Below the pieces are notes generated by a model. That model saw only the letters and a list, made by a program, of their open reading frames with translations, did no database searches and had not been told where the DNA came from. A stretch of 64,000 nt of DNA from Clostridia bacterium (GTDB lineage Bacteria > Bacillota > Clostridia > Christensenellales > QALW01): assembly GCA_045600145.1 (NCBI GenBank), contig JAZRXI010000012.1, positions 14,581-78,580 of the forward strand, in the 5' to 3' direction. The position numbers and the translations under genes are program-made. Positions within the stretch are counted from its first letter, which is position 1. Every line of letters starts with the position of its first letter. Positions 35,399 through 44,515 of the stretch are shown piece by piece.

Positions 35399-36070
35399 AT
35401 GAAATCAAAAAAAGTTAAAATAGCAATTTTTATTATCACTTTTGCGCTTATCGTTTTATTCTGCGTAATAGCAAGCAAGCCGATAGTGCATCTTGCTGAC
35501 GACCCAGAGCTATTTAGGCAACGCATTGAGGCTGACGGAATACGCGGCAAGATTCTTTTCCTGTGCATGATAATATTTCAGGTAATTTTCGCATTCATTC
35601 CGGGCGAGCCGCTTGAATTACTCGCGGGCTATGCTTTCGGTACGGTTGGGGGAACGCTACTGTGTATGCTCGGCACATTTTTGGGCGGAAGTCTTGTATT
35701 TTTGTTTACAAAAAAATTCGGAAGCAAGTTTGTAGAATTATTTTTTTCAAAGGAAAAAATAAATTCTGTCAAATTTTTCAACGATACGGGAAAAATGTAT
35801 TCCGTGCTGTTTGCGGTCTTTTTTATCCCAGGAACACCGAAAGATCTGCTTTCATACGTCGCGGGTCTCACTCCGCTGAAATATGTTCCTTACATAATTA
35901 TCACTACCGTTGCGCGCATTCCGTCAATAATCACGTCGACGGTATCGGGCAACGCATTCGGAACAAAAAAATATCTGTTCGGGCTTATCGCCTTTGCGGT
36001 AACGGGTATCTTAAGCATATCCGGGCTCATCATATATAATAAATTTTTCCAAAAAAAGCAAGGACTGTAA
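35399..36070 (+). CDS. TVP38/TMEM64 (DedA-related) family membrane protein
   Basis: FIPGEPLELLAGYAFG and FFIPGTPKDLLSYVAGLT motifs. Start at ATG 35399 after AGGGGA. Confidence 0.7.
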   Translation: MKSKKVKIAIFIITFALIVLFCVIASKPIVHLADDPELFRQRIEADGIRGKILFLCMIIFQVIFAFIPGEPLELLAGYAFGTVGGTLLCMLGTFLGGSLVFLFTKKFGSKFVELFFSKEKINSVKFFNDTGKMYSVLFAVFFIPGTPKDLLSYVAGLTPLKYVPYIIITTVARIPSIITSTVSGNAFGTKKYLFGLIAFAVTGILSISGLIIYNKFFQKKQGL

Positions 36071-36098
36071 CGGCAACTCCGCTACAGTCCGCTGTTTA

Positions 36099-36998
36099 TT
36101 AAACCGTAAACCTTATTATGTTTTCCGCATATTCACGATAAAAATCTATATTGTCGATATAGTCACGATAAGCATTGACGATAAAAGGATTATTGCCGCT
36201 GTAATTATCAATGCGCCTCTGCGCCTCCGCTTTTTTCTGTTCCGCATTCCAATGGTTGTTTTTCGCAAGCCAGAATATATCGCAGAATTCCACATAATTT
36301 ATCGAATGGAGACGGTGTTCGGCATCATAACGTTTTTTGTTCCAATCCTCGAATTCAAACGGAGTATCAATATCTATCTCGCTGATCACTCCGAGTGTTT
36401 TCAGAAATATCTGTGCCATATAATGCTGACCGAGCGTTGTCGGATGCACTCTGTCCGGTCCGATAAGCTCAAGGCGCGAAATATCCCTTAAAAATGGTGC
36501 GGTAAAATCGACGAGCGAACAATTGTACTTTTTTGCAAGTGATTTCACAAACTCGACCGACTCGTTCATCCCACACTGACATTTCAAGTTTTCTTCTTCC
36601 TTGTCATTGTATTCGTCATACGGAGTAGGCAGGCAAAGTATCGGCTGTGCGCCGTATTCTATTATTCTTTTGACGATATTCTCATATCTGTCCTTGTGCT
36701 TTTTTATGGCATTTTGTATTTTGTCCTGTTTATCCGGATTCGTATAGTTTTCCGAATAAAACCAACGTTCTATATCGTTGATGCCAAAAAATACCGGCAC
36801 ATAGTCCGGATTATGCGTCAGGCAAGTCGAATACAGATACTCGCTTGCTTTATCGGCGCTACCGCCCGAAACTCCGCAATTAAAGCATTTTATTTTATAT
36901 TGTTTGCGTAATGTCTGATATACCTCGGCGACCCATAAACCGTTTGCGGTTATACTGTCGCCCAAAAAGCAAATAACATCACCGTCACTGAATCGCAT
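36099..36998 (-). CDS. SGNH/GDSL-family hydrolase
   Basis: Block I VICFLGDSITANG, block III FFGINDI, late DRVHP. Start at ATG 36998 after AAGGAG. Confidence 0.65.
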   Translation of the reverse strand: MRFSDGDVICFLGDSITANGLWVAEVYQTLRKQYKIKCFNCGVSGGSADKASEYLYSTCLTHNPDYVPVFFGINDIERWFYSENYTNPDKQDKIQNAIKKHKDRYENIVKRIIEYGAQPILCLPTPYDEYNDKEEENLKCQCGMNESVEFVKSLAKKYNCSLVDFTAPFLRDISRLELIGPDRVHPTTLGQHYMAQIFLKTLGVISEIDIDTPFEFEDWNKKRYDAEHRLHSINYVEFCDIFWLAKNNHWNAEQKKAEAQRRIDNYSGNNPFIVNAYRDYIDNIDFYREYAENIIRFTV

Positions 36999-37012
36999 GG
37001 TAGCTCCTTTCA

Positions 37013-37795
37013 TCAATTACCGCATTCTATACTTATTGAATTGAATGTCCCGAGCAAGTCGTTTACGCTGAGATTTTTCTTTTCCTCTCCGCGCTTATCA
37101 AGCACGCAGTTGCCCTTGTGCATCATAACTATACGATTTCCGTATTCCGTAGCGAAACGGAGATTGTGCGTTACCATGACCGTTGTCAGCTCATTTTCTT
37201 TTACCAGCTTATCTGTTAATTGCATTATCGTTTCGCTTGATTTCGGGTCAAGTGCGGCGGTATGCTCATCGAGGATAAGCAAATCCACCTTGGTCATTCC
37301 CGCGATGACAAGCGCTATCGCCTGCCTCTGGCCGCCGGAAAGCAGTCCGATAGGTGCGTTCATTCTGTCCTCAAGTCCCATATTGCAGTGAGAAAGCAAT
37401 TCTTTGTAATATTCAACACGTTTTTTATTGACTGCGCCGGAAAGCCCGTATGACATATTCTTATTATCGGCAAGTGCAAAGTTTTCAAGCACAGTAAGAT
37501 TGGAGCATGTGCCCATTTTAGGGTCCTGGAACACTCTGCCGATAAACTTTGCGCGTTTGTATTCCTTGAGCTTCGTTATGTCTTTTCCCTTAAAGATGAT
37601 GCTTCCGCTGTCAGGCGTCATACTTCCGCAGATAAGATTAAGCATGGTGGTCTTGCCGCTTCCGTTTGAGCCTATTATCGACACGAACTCGCCCTTATTG
37701 ACTGTAAAATCGAAATTATCGAACAATACCATCTCGTCAACAGTGCCTTTATTGAACACAGTGCAGATGTTTTTAAGCTCTAACATTTTTTCCAC
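37013..37795 (-). CDS. ABC transporter ATP-binding protein (TrpZ-like)
   Basis: Walker A GSNGSGKTT, signature LSGGQRQ, Walker B LLILDEHTAALD. The start may instead be the internal ATG at 37786. Confidence 0.85.
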   Translation of the reverse strand: MEKMLELKNICTVFNKGTVDEMVLFDNFDFTVNKGEFVSIIGSNGSGKTTMLNLICGSMTPDSGSIIFKGKDITKLKEYKRAKFIGRVFQDPKMGTCSNLTVLENFALADNKNMSYGLSGAVNKKRVEYYKELLSHCNMGLEDRMNAPIGLLSGGQRQAIALVIAGMTKVDLLILDEHTAALDPKSSETIMQLTDKLVKENELTTVMVTHNLRFATEYGNRIVMMHKGNCVLDKRGEEKKNLSVNDLLGTFNSISIECGN

Positions 37796-38711
37796 CTGCC
37801 TTCTTGATTTTTTGTGAGAACAAGAGTGCTATGGTGAACATTATTGCCATTATGAGCTTATTGTACGCACTCGGCACACCGAGCTTCTGCGCAACGGTAA
37901 GACACATCTGATATATTATCGCGCCGATTATCACCTTTGTCGTCGGCTTAAGGAAATTCACCTTGTTGAACACCGACATACCTATTATCAGCGATGCAAG
38001 CCCGATAACTATCATTCCGATACCCATGCTCTGATTGACATTGCCGCTTATATGTGAATACAGCGCACCTGCTACCGCGGCATAGCCGTTGCCTATTGCA
38101 AGCCCGGTTATTTTGCTTTTTCCGGGATCTACGCCGAGCATCTTTACGAATTGGCTGTTATTACCCGCTGCGCGAAGCAGAAGCCCGTTTTTCGTCTTAA
38201 AGTAAAAATCGAGCAACAGCTTGCACACTACCGCGATAACGAAGAACATTACAAGCTGACGCACGCTGATGTTCTCTACTCTCGCGGGGATCAAGTCACC
38301 GAAAAACTTATCGTGAAGTGTTTCGACGGCTCTGCCGAACGATATCGAAGTATTGCCGTTGCCGCGGAAATCGTTCGACATACCGCCCGAAACAAGGATT
38401 ATATTCACACTGATAAGTGCCGTTGAAACAAGTATGCCGCACAAAAGCGAACGTATTTTCAGCACCTCATGCAAAATTCCCGTTATCATTCCGAAGAAGC
38501 AACCCGCAAGGAACGCAACGATCAGTCCGAGCCACGGATTAAGCCCGTGTGCGGCAAACAAACCGAACACTGCCGCGCCCGTTAAGAATGTACCCTCAAC
38601 AGTAAGGTCTGGGAAATCAAGTATACTGTATGTTACATAATAACCCATGGCGATTATCGAAAACACAAGTCCCGTTTCGATAAACACCTCTATGGTATTA
38701 AGTATTTCCAA
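37773..38711 (-). CDS. ABC transporter permease (TrpY-like, branched-chain/BMP-type fold)
   Basis: 312-aa polytopic protein between the SBP and ATPase genes; it overlaps the ATPase start. Confidence 0.75.
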   Translation of the reverse strand: MEILNTIEVFIETGLVFSIIAMGYYVTYSILDFPDLTVEGTFLTGAAVFGLFAAHGLNPWLGLIVAFLAGCFFGMITGILHEVLKIRSLLCGILVSTALISVNIILVSGGMSNDFRGNGNTSISFGRAVETLHDKFFGDLIPARVENISVRQLVMFFVIAVVCKLLLDFYFKTKNGLLLRAAGNNSQFVKMLGVDPGKSKITGLAIGNGYAAVAGALYSHISGNVNQSMGIGMIVIGLASLIIGMSVFNKVNFLKPTTKVIIGAIIYQMCLTVAQKLGVPSAYNKLIMAIMFTIALLFSQKIKKAGGKNVRA

Positions 38712-38741
38712 AACAAAGCCCTCTTTAATCTTATTTTGATT

Positions 38742-39731
38742 TTATTCAGCAGTGATATCGCCGACTATGCCGACTGTAGCGGCATTTTCATACACGTCGG
38801 GAAGCGTCATGCCAAGCTTTGAAAGAGTATCCGTGTTTATCACGGGAGTGGCTTCCTTTATCGTCTTGACAGCCATTTTTGAAGCATCCGCACCGTTAAG
38901 GATTTCTACTGCCATTTCGCCCGTAACCTTGCCCAGAGCGATGTAATCAATAGAAACGGAAGCAAGACATCCGTTCTTTACCTGTTCTTCCTCCGAGCCG
39001 TATACGGGGATGTTATGTTTTTCGGCGGCACTGAGCAACACATTCAAGTTGTTTACGACATTGTTATCGGTGAAATTGTTTATGCAATCGACCTGTGATG
39101 CGATATTTTCCGCAGTAGCGGGAATATCGGAAGCGTTCTGCACAGCGGAATCGATTACTTCGATTCCGAGAGGCTCGCATACAGCCTTGAAGTTTCTGAG
39201 ATTTGCGATCGAATTATCCTCAGACGAAGTATAAATAACGCCTATCTTCTTTACATCAGGCTGGAAATTGCGGATAAGCTGTACCTGCGCTTCAAGGTCA
39301 AGCACGTCGGATGTGCCCGTGCAAGCGTAGCCCGGTGTATTCATATCCTCTACGAGCTTTGCCTCAACGGGATCTGAAACCGCGCAGAATACAACGGGGA
39401 TATCGGTGTTATCGGTCGCGGTGAACGCCGCCTTAGCCGCAGGAGTTGCAATGGCGATTATCACATCGCAACCCGATGCTACCATGTTTTTGGCGAAGTT
39501 CGTGCAATCTGAATCAGCCGAATTGCTTGAGCCGGTCTGATAGTCAACGGTATATTTGAGGTCTGTTGCCTTAAGCGCTTCCATGATGCCGTTATAGCAG
39601 TTGTCAAGTGACGGATGGCTCATGTATTGGATTATACCTATCTTGAGCGTGTCTGAGGTGTTCTCACCGCCGCATCCGGCAAATGCGAACACAAGTACAA
39701 GTGTGATAAGGATCGCTACGATTTTTTTCAT
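38742..39731 (-). CDS. Lipoprotein substrate-binding protein of the ABC_sub_bind family (TrpX-like, putative Trp uptake)
   Basis: Lipobox LVFAFAGC. LKIGIIQYMSHPSLDNCYNG...DVIIAIATPAA is typical of this family. Preceded by a Trp T-box. Confidence 0.75.
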   Translation of the reverse strand: MKKIVAILITLVLVFAFAGCGGENTSDTLKIGIIQYMSHPSLDNCYNGIMEALKATDLKYTVDYQTGSSNSADSDCTNFAKNMVASGCDVIIAIATPAAKAAFTATDNTDIPVVFCAVSDPVEAKLVEDMNTPGYACTGTSDVLDLEAQVQLIRNFQPDVKKIGVIYTSSEDNSIANLRNFKAVCEPLGIEVIDSAVQNASDIPATAENIASQVDCINNFTDNNVVNNLNVLLSAAEKHNIPVYGSEEEQVKNGCLASVSIDYIALGKVTGEMAVEILNGADASKMAVKTIKEATPVINTDTLSKLGMTLPDVYENAATVGIVGDITAE

Positions 39732-39802
39732 TTTTTTACTTCCTTTCGGTTTATATTATTTTGGTTTGCGCACCAAATATTTACAAAATTTTATGTGCAG
39801 AT

Positions 39803-40076
39803 AAAAAACAAACCTGCCCCATATACATGGGACAGGTCAAAATTGCTTTTTTCCTGCGGTACCACCCAAATTGATGATAAAATCATCCGCTCTGCTTCAT
39901 ACAATAATATGAACCGCACTGTAACGGGTGCATCCCGTCGGTTACTACTTGCCCCGATAAGGCTTTCGTCCGCCCTCGTAAGTCCATTCGTCCAAAAATC
40001 CGCTATTGCCATCCCACCGTCGGCAACTCTCTGAAAGCTTCAATAATGGCTACTCTTCTTAGTCACAGGTTTTACT
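39803..40076 (-). promoter_or_regulatory. T-box leader, Trp specifier (UGG), with terminator
   Basis: Read on the minus strand: AGUA S-turn element; AGAGAG (40032..40027); distal loop GGUGGGA; specifier loop GAA-UGG-A; T-box AAUUUGGGUGGUACCGCAGG (39873..39853); terminator ACCUGUCCC/GGGGCAGGU + U-run (39838..39803). Confidence 0.85.
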
Positions 40077-40083
40077 TTTTGTT

Positions 40084-40112
40084 ATGATATCATCATTTAT
40101 GTGCAAAGTCAA
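40084..40112 (-). promoter_or_regulatory. Promoter of the T-box leader (TTGACT-17-TATCAT)
   Basis: On the minus strand: TTGACT (40112..40107), 17-nt spacer, TATCAT (40089..40084). Confidence 0.5.
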
Positions 40113-40140
40113 GCGTTTTTTTATATTTTTTCATATTTTT

Positions 40141-42495
40141 TCAAAAAACAGGTTGAAGTGCTTTTACCGTGTGCGGCACGAGCATTACCGTTCCCGAAAC
40201 CGAATCCTCATATGTACGGAATCTCTCGGCAGTAACGTAGCCTTTTGGTGTATGAAGCACGCACTTTATCTCCGCCGGGTGCTTGACTGTCAGCTTGATA
40301 CCGTTCTCTGTGCGCTCCCAGCGGACGCTTATTTCTCCGAACGGTGTTTTATGGCTTGCCTCGGCAAATGTAAGTTCGTCTATCAGTGCCGGGGATATCT
40401 CTGCGAATTTATGATCGTCGCCATTAGGATTCAGCTTGATCCCCGCTATCTTTGTAATGAAGAAGTTCGATATATCTCCGCGGAAATGGTGATTGAGCGA
40501 CGGAATGCCGGCATATTTGCCCGTATGGCAGGATTCCGGCAGGCTGTTGAAGCCGTATTCGCCAACCCATATTCCGTAAGACGGCACATCTGTGCGTGTT
40601 ATCATCTTCCACGCAAGCTCGGCATCGCCGAACGACGCAAGCAGATGGAAAATAATGCGCAAGCCGATAACTCCGCAATCGAAATGATCCTCGGCACGCT
40701 TTATCATTTCAAGAAGCACGTTGTACGCCGCCTGCTTCTCGCCGTTTTCGAAAATGCCGTAATAAATTCCCATCGCCTGTGCGCACTGGCAGTCTCCGTA
40801 AACGGTCATGGTTGACGTATCAACGAGATATTTCCTTGCCGCATCCTTAAATTCATTCTTGAGCATGCGTGCAAATGTAGCCTGCGGCTTCATGCTTGCG
40901 CGTTCAAACAGAAATTCCGCATGCTCGCAGATATCCTTTGCGATAATAGTGCCGGACACGATCACCGGGCAGTTATGACCGCTTGACGGCAAGCCCGGCT
41001 GGAGATAATCGCCGAGTCCCGTATCTATCAGTCCGCGTTTATCGCGGATCACGGTAAGATAATTCAGATAGCGCATTATCATATCCGCGTTTTCGGTGAA
41101 GCACGAAATATCTCCGCGGTACATATATATGCGGTACGGTATCTCAACTATCACCTGTTCCCAAGCAGGTCCGCTCCATTCATTGAAGCCCCAGCCGCCC
41201 GTCGGGACTATTCCCGGCAGTGCGCCGTCAATGCGCTGTGAAGCGCGTATCAGCCGCATCCACTCCTTGAGGCTGTTCTCAACGCCGAAATTGATGATAA
41301 GCTGTTCCGCGCTCAGCGCGGCATCACCCGTCCAGCCGTTTTTTTCGCGGTGCGGACAGTCAAGCGGGAAATAAATAAAATTCGACAGATCGCTGTTCTC
41401 TACGCATTTCTGCAAGCGATTGGCTATCTCCGACGAGCATGAAAAATCAGCTAACTTTTCAATATCCGAATGGAATACGTTTGCGGTGAGCAGCTCCGGC
41501 GTCGCCTGTTCCTCGTCAATGCCCATAACAAGGCAATACTGTGCCGCATGGAACGTGAACGGCGGCGTGAATGTTTCTTCGCCATCGCCTTTACAAATAT
41601 ATATGTCGCGCTGTGCGTAATCGTGCGGATAAAAACGGTCGATATTATCCCACGCAAGCTTGTCACCGTCGCGCATTTCGGCAAACTGCAAAATTACCTT
41701 TTGTCCTTTTTTACCTTTTATTTTAAGCGTCGGTACTAATGCGCAATTTTTTCCGAAATCGTAGATATATCCGTCCTCGCGGATATACTTGTCGGTACCC
41801 TTGAGCTTTTCGTCGGCTTCCGGGTCTATCTTCATGACCGAATGTCCCTTTGAGACCGAAATCGGCGTAAGCTTTTGTGAAAATATAAGCGGATCGGCAA
41901 GCTTGATGTGACCCTCGCCGCGCACCTCTGCGGCGATAAGCGCAGGCTTCCACGCTGAATCGTCAAACTCCGGCTCGCACCAACCGTTCTGTTCAAGCCG
42001 CGCATCATAATGCACGCCGCAACGGATATCATCGAATGTTATCGGCGACGGTGCCGTCAATACCGTTTCATCAGCTTCTGTAATGCTTTTCGTTCCGTCG
42101 GCATATTTTGCTTCAAGCGCGAACGCAACTGCGGGCGCAGAGCGGTACGCGACTTTGTCAAGCGACCATATCCTGCCGCCGATGCAGTTCACCATGCCAT
42201 TACCGAGAATAAAACCGAGTACGTTTTTGCCTTCTTTGAGGAACGGCTTTATATCGTATACGTCGTAAAACAGCATCTTATCGGGATTTGTGACATACGG
42301 ACTGAGCGGGCATTTTGTGATATTCTGTCCGTTCACATAAAGCTCGTAAAAGCCGGTAGCAGTGACCGTAAGAATAGTCGATACCGCATTTTCGCTGTTG
42401 AACACTTTGCGCATATACGGTGCATTCACATGCTTCTCATATGTAGCATATTCCGCCGTTGCGGATACAAATTTGCGTGAAAGCATACTGTTCAC
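40141..42495 (-). CDS. Alpha-L-rhamnosidase (GH78)
   Basis: N-domain TATGFYELYVNGQNI. (alpha/alpha)6 domain with FPLDCPHREKNGWTGDA. 784 aa with no signal peptide, so intracellular. Confidence 0.8.
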   Translation of the reverse strand: MNSMLSRKFVSATAEYATYEKHVNAPYMRKVFNSENAVSTILTVTATGFYELYVNGQNITKCPLSPYVTNPDKMLFYDVYDIKPFLKEGKNVLGFILGNGMVNCIGGRIWSLDKVAYRSAPAVAFALEAKYADGTKSITEADETVLTAPSPITFDDIRCGVHYDARLEQNGWCEPEFDDSAWKPALIAAEVRGEGHIKLADPLIFSQKLTPISVSKGHSVMKIDPEADEKLKGTDKYIREDGYIYDFGKNCALVPTLKIKGKKGQKVILQFAEMRDGDKLAWDNIDRFYPHDYAQRDIYICKGDGEETFTPPFTFHAAQYCLVMGIDEEQATPELLTANVFHSDIEKLADFSCSSEIANRLQKCVENSDLSNFIYFPLDCPHREKNGWTGDAALSAEQLIINFGVENSLKEWMRLIRASQRIDGALPGIVPTGGWGFNEWSGPAWEQVIVEIPYRIYMYRGDISCFTENADMIMRYLNYLTVIRDKRGLIDTGLGDYLQPGLPSSGHNCPVIVSGTIIAKDICEHAEFLFERASMKPQATFARMLKNEFKDAARKYLVDTSTMTVYGDCQCAQAMGIYYGIFENGEKQAAYNVLLEMIKRAEDHFDCGVIGLRIIFHLLASFGDAELAWKMITRTDVPSYGIWVGEYGFNSLPESCHTGKYAGIPSLNHHFRGDISNFFITKIAGIKLNPNGDDHKFAEISPALIDELTFAEASHKTPFGEISVRWERTENGIKLTVKHPAEIKCVLHTPKGYVTAERFRTYEDSVSGTVMLVPHTVKALQPVF

Positions 42496-42628
42496 ATCCT
42501 TTAGCTTTTTTACTATTATATACTTTTAGCAACACCGTGTAAATATCATTTTTTAATTAAATACATAACTTTTTTTAATTATTTACGGTTTGAAAACACG
42601 CCGCACCTTTTTCGGCACGGCGTGGTAG

Positions 42629-43624
42629 TTACATGTTTTCGGAAGCGTATTTCCATGAATCGCGGCACATCTCATCAATGCCCAGCTCTGCCTTCCAACC
42701 GAGAAGCTTCAATGCCCGCGACGCATCAGCATAGCACGAAGCTATATCGCCCGCCCTACGTGGTGCGATATGCACCGGCACATCACGTCCGCTTGCTTTT
42801 TTATATGCTTCAACGACATCAAGCACACTGTAGCCGATGCCCGTGCCGAGATTGACCGTAAGCACGCCCTTGTTTTTGCTGAGATACTTGACCGCCGCAA
42901 GATGTCCCTTTGCAAGGTCTACAACATGGATGTAATCTCGCACGCCCGTTCCGTCGGGAGTGTCGTAATCGTCACCGAAAACATTGAGGCACGGAAGCTG
43001 TCCCACAGCCACCTTGCATATATACGGAACGAGATTGTTCGGTATACCGTTGGGGTTCTCGCCGATAAGTCCGCTCGGATGTGCGCCTATGGGATTGAAA
43101 TAACGCAAAAGCGCAACGCGCATCTCACTGTCAGCCGCGGCTATATCGCAAAAAATTTGTTCCTGCATCTGTTTTGTCCAACCGTAAGGATTGGTTGCCG
43201 AAGTAGGCATATTTTCAGTAAACGGCGGAACATTGTTGTTGCCGTAAACCGTTGCGGATGAAGAAAATACTATACTCTTGCACGAAAACTCATTCATTAC
43301 CTTGAGCAAGGTAAGCGTTCCCGAAATATTGTTGCTGTAATACAGATGCGGTTTTTCTACCGATTCGCCTACAGCCTTGAGTCCGGCAAAATGTATCACG
43401 CATTCGAACGTGTGCTTTTTGAAAACCTCACGCAAGCCGTTTTCATCATTTATATCTACCTGATAAAATCCAAGCTCCTTGCCCGTGATTTTTTTTACCG
43501 CATCAAGCGATTCCTTTTTAGAATTGACAAGATTATCGACAACAACTACTTCATAGCCTGCATTCAGAAGCTCTACGCATGTATGCGATCCGATGAAGCC
43601 CGCGCCGCCCGTAACAAGTATCAT
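42629..43624 (-). CDS. galE: UDP-glucose 4-epimerase
   Basis: MILVTGGAGFIGSH, SSSATVYG and YGWTKQ (the YxxxK triad). Start at ATG 43624 after GGGGGA. Confidence 0.9.
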   Translation of the reverse strand: MILVTGGAGFIGSHTCVELLNAGYEVVVVDNLVNSKKESLDAVKKITGKELGFYQVDINDENGLREVFKKHTFECVIHFAGLKAVGESVEKPHLYYSNNISGTLTLLKVMNEFSCKSIVFSSSATVYGNNNVPPFTENMPTSATNPYGWTKQMQEQIFCDIAAADSEMRVALLRYFNPIGAHPSGLIGENPNGIPNNLVPYICKVAVGQLPCLNVFGDDYDTPDGTGVRDYIHVVDLAKGHLAAVKYLSKNKGVLTVNLGTGIGYSVLDVVEAYKKASGRDVPVHIAPRRAGDIASCYADASRALKLLGWKAELGIDEMCRDSWKYASENM

Positions 43625-43718
43625 GATATTTTCCCCCAAATATATTTTTTATTATTGTATCACAGCTTAAAAAAAAAGACAACCAAAAAGGCTGTCTTAA
43701 AAAATTCTTATAAATTCT

Positions 43719-44501
43719 TTATCCGCCTATCTGAGCGATAAGCCCCTTACTTTCGGCGGCTTTAAGAAGCTGCTGCATTTTTTCATCCGACGGAGTAACG
43801 ATCTCCGGCAATGTGTAATCTCTGCCGATGCCCGCGTACTTGTCAACGCCGAAGCGATGATACGGCAAAAGATGTATTTTCTCGACACCGTTAAGCGACG
43901 AAGCAAACTCCGCTATCGCCGATATTTCTTCAACGGTATCATTAAAGGTCGGTATCACGGGAACGCGGATTATCAAGCCTTTGTGACGGAGTGCGATTTT
44001 TTTGGCATTTTCAAGTATCAGCTCATTCGGCTGACGTGTGAACGCCTTGTGCTTTTCGCTGTTCATATGCTTGATATCCATCATTATCGTGTCGATATGC
44101 GGGATAATGCTTTCGACTGTCTCCCACTTCGCGCACGCAGTGGTTTCTATCGCAGTATTTATGCCGCGTTCATGCGCTTCAATGAACAGGTCGCGTGCAA
44201 ACTGAGGTTGTGCCATAGCTTCACCGCCCGAAAGCGTCATGCCGCCGCCCGACTGACGGTAATAGATACGGTCCTTTTCGACGGTCTCCATTACTTCGCC
44301 GACGGTAACATCTCTGCCAACAGTCTTCACTTTTCCGTTTTGCGTCATTTGCTGGATATCATATTCCTGCGATTCGGGATTGCAGCACCACCGGCAACGC
44401 AGGAAACAGCCTTTAAGAAAGACTATCGTGCGTATTCCCGGACCGTCATGCACCGAAAAACGCTGGATATCAAATATTCTGCCTTTTGTATCTGCCGACA
44501 T
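43719..44501 (-). CDS. Glycyl-radical enzyme activating protein, short PflA-like form (no ferredoxin insert)
   Basis: HDGPGIRTIVFLKGCFLRCRWCCNPE, GGGMTLSGGE. 260 aa, with no CxxCxxCxxxCP motif. Confidence 0.85.
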   Translation of the reverse strand: MSADTKGRIFDIQRFSVHDGPGIRTIVFLKGCFLRCRWCCNPESQEYDIQQMTQNGKVKTVGRDVTVGEVMETVEKDRIYYRQSGGGMTLSGGEAMAQPQFARDLFIEAHERGINTAIETTACAKWETVESIIPHIDTIMMDIKHMNSEKHKAFTRQPNELILENAKKIALRHKGLIIRVPVIPTFNDTVEEISAIAEFASSLNGVEKIHLLPYHRFGVDKYAGIGRDYTLPEIVTPSDEKMQQLLKAAESKGLIAQIGG

Positions 44502-44515
44502 CCGATTCTCCTTTA

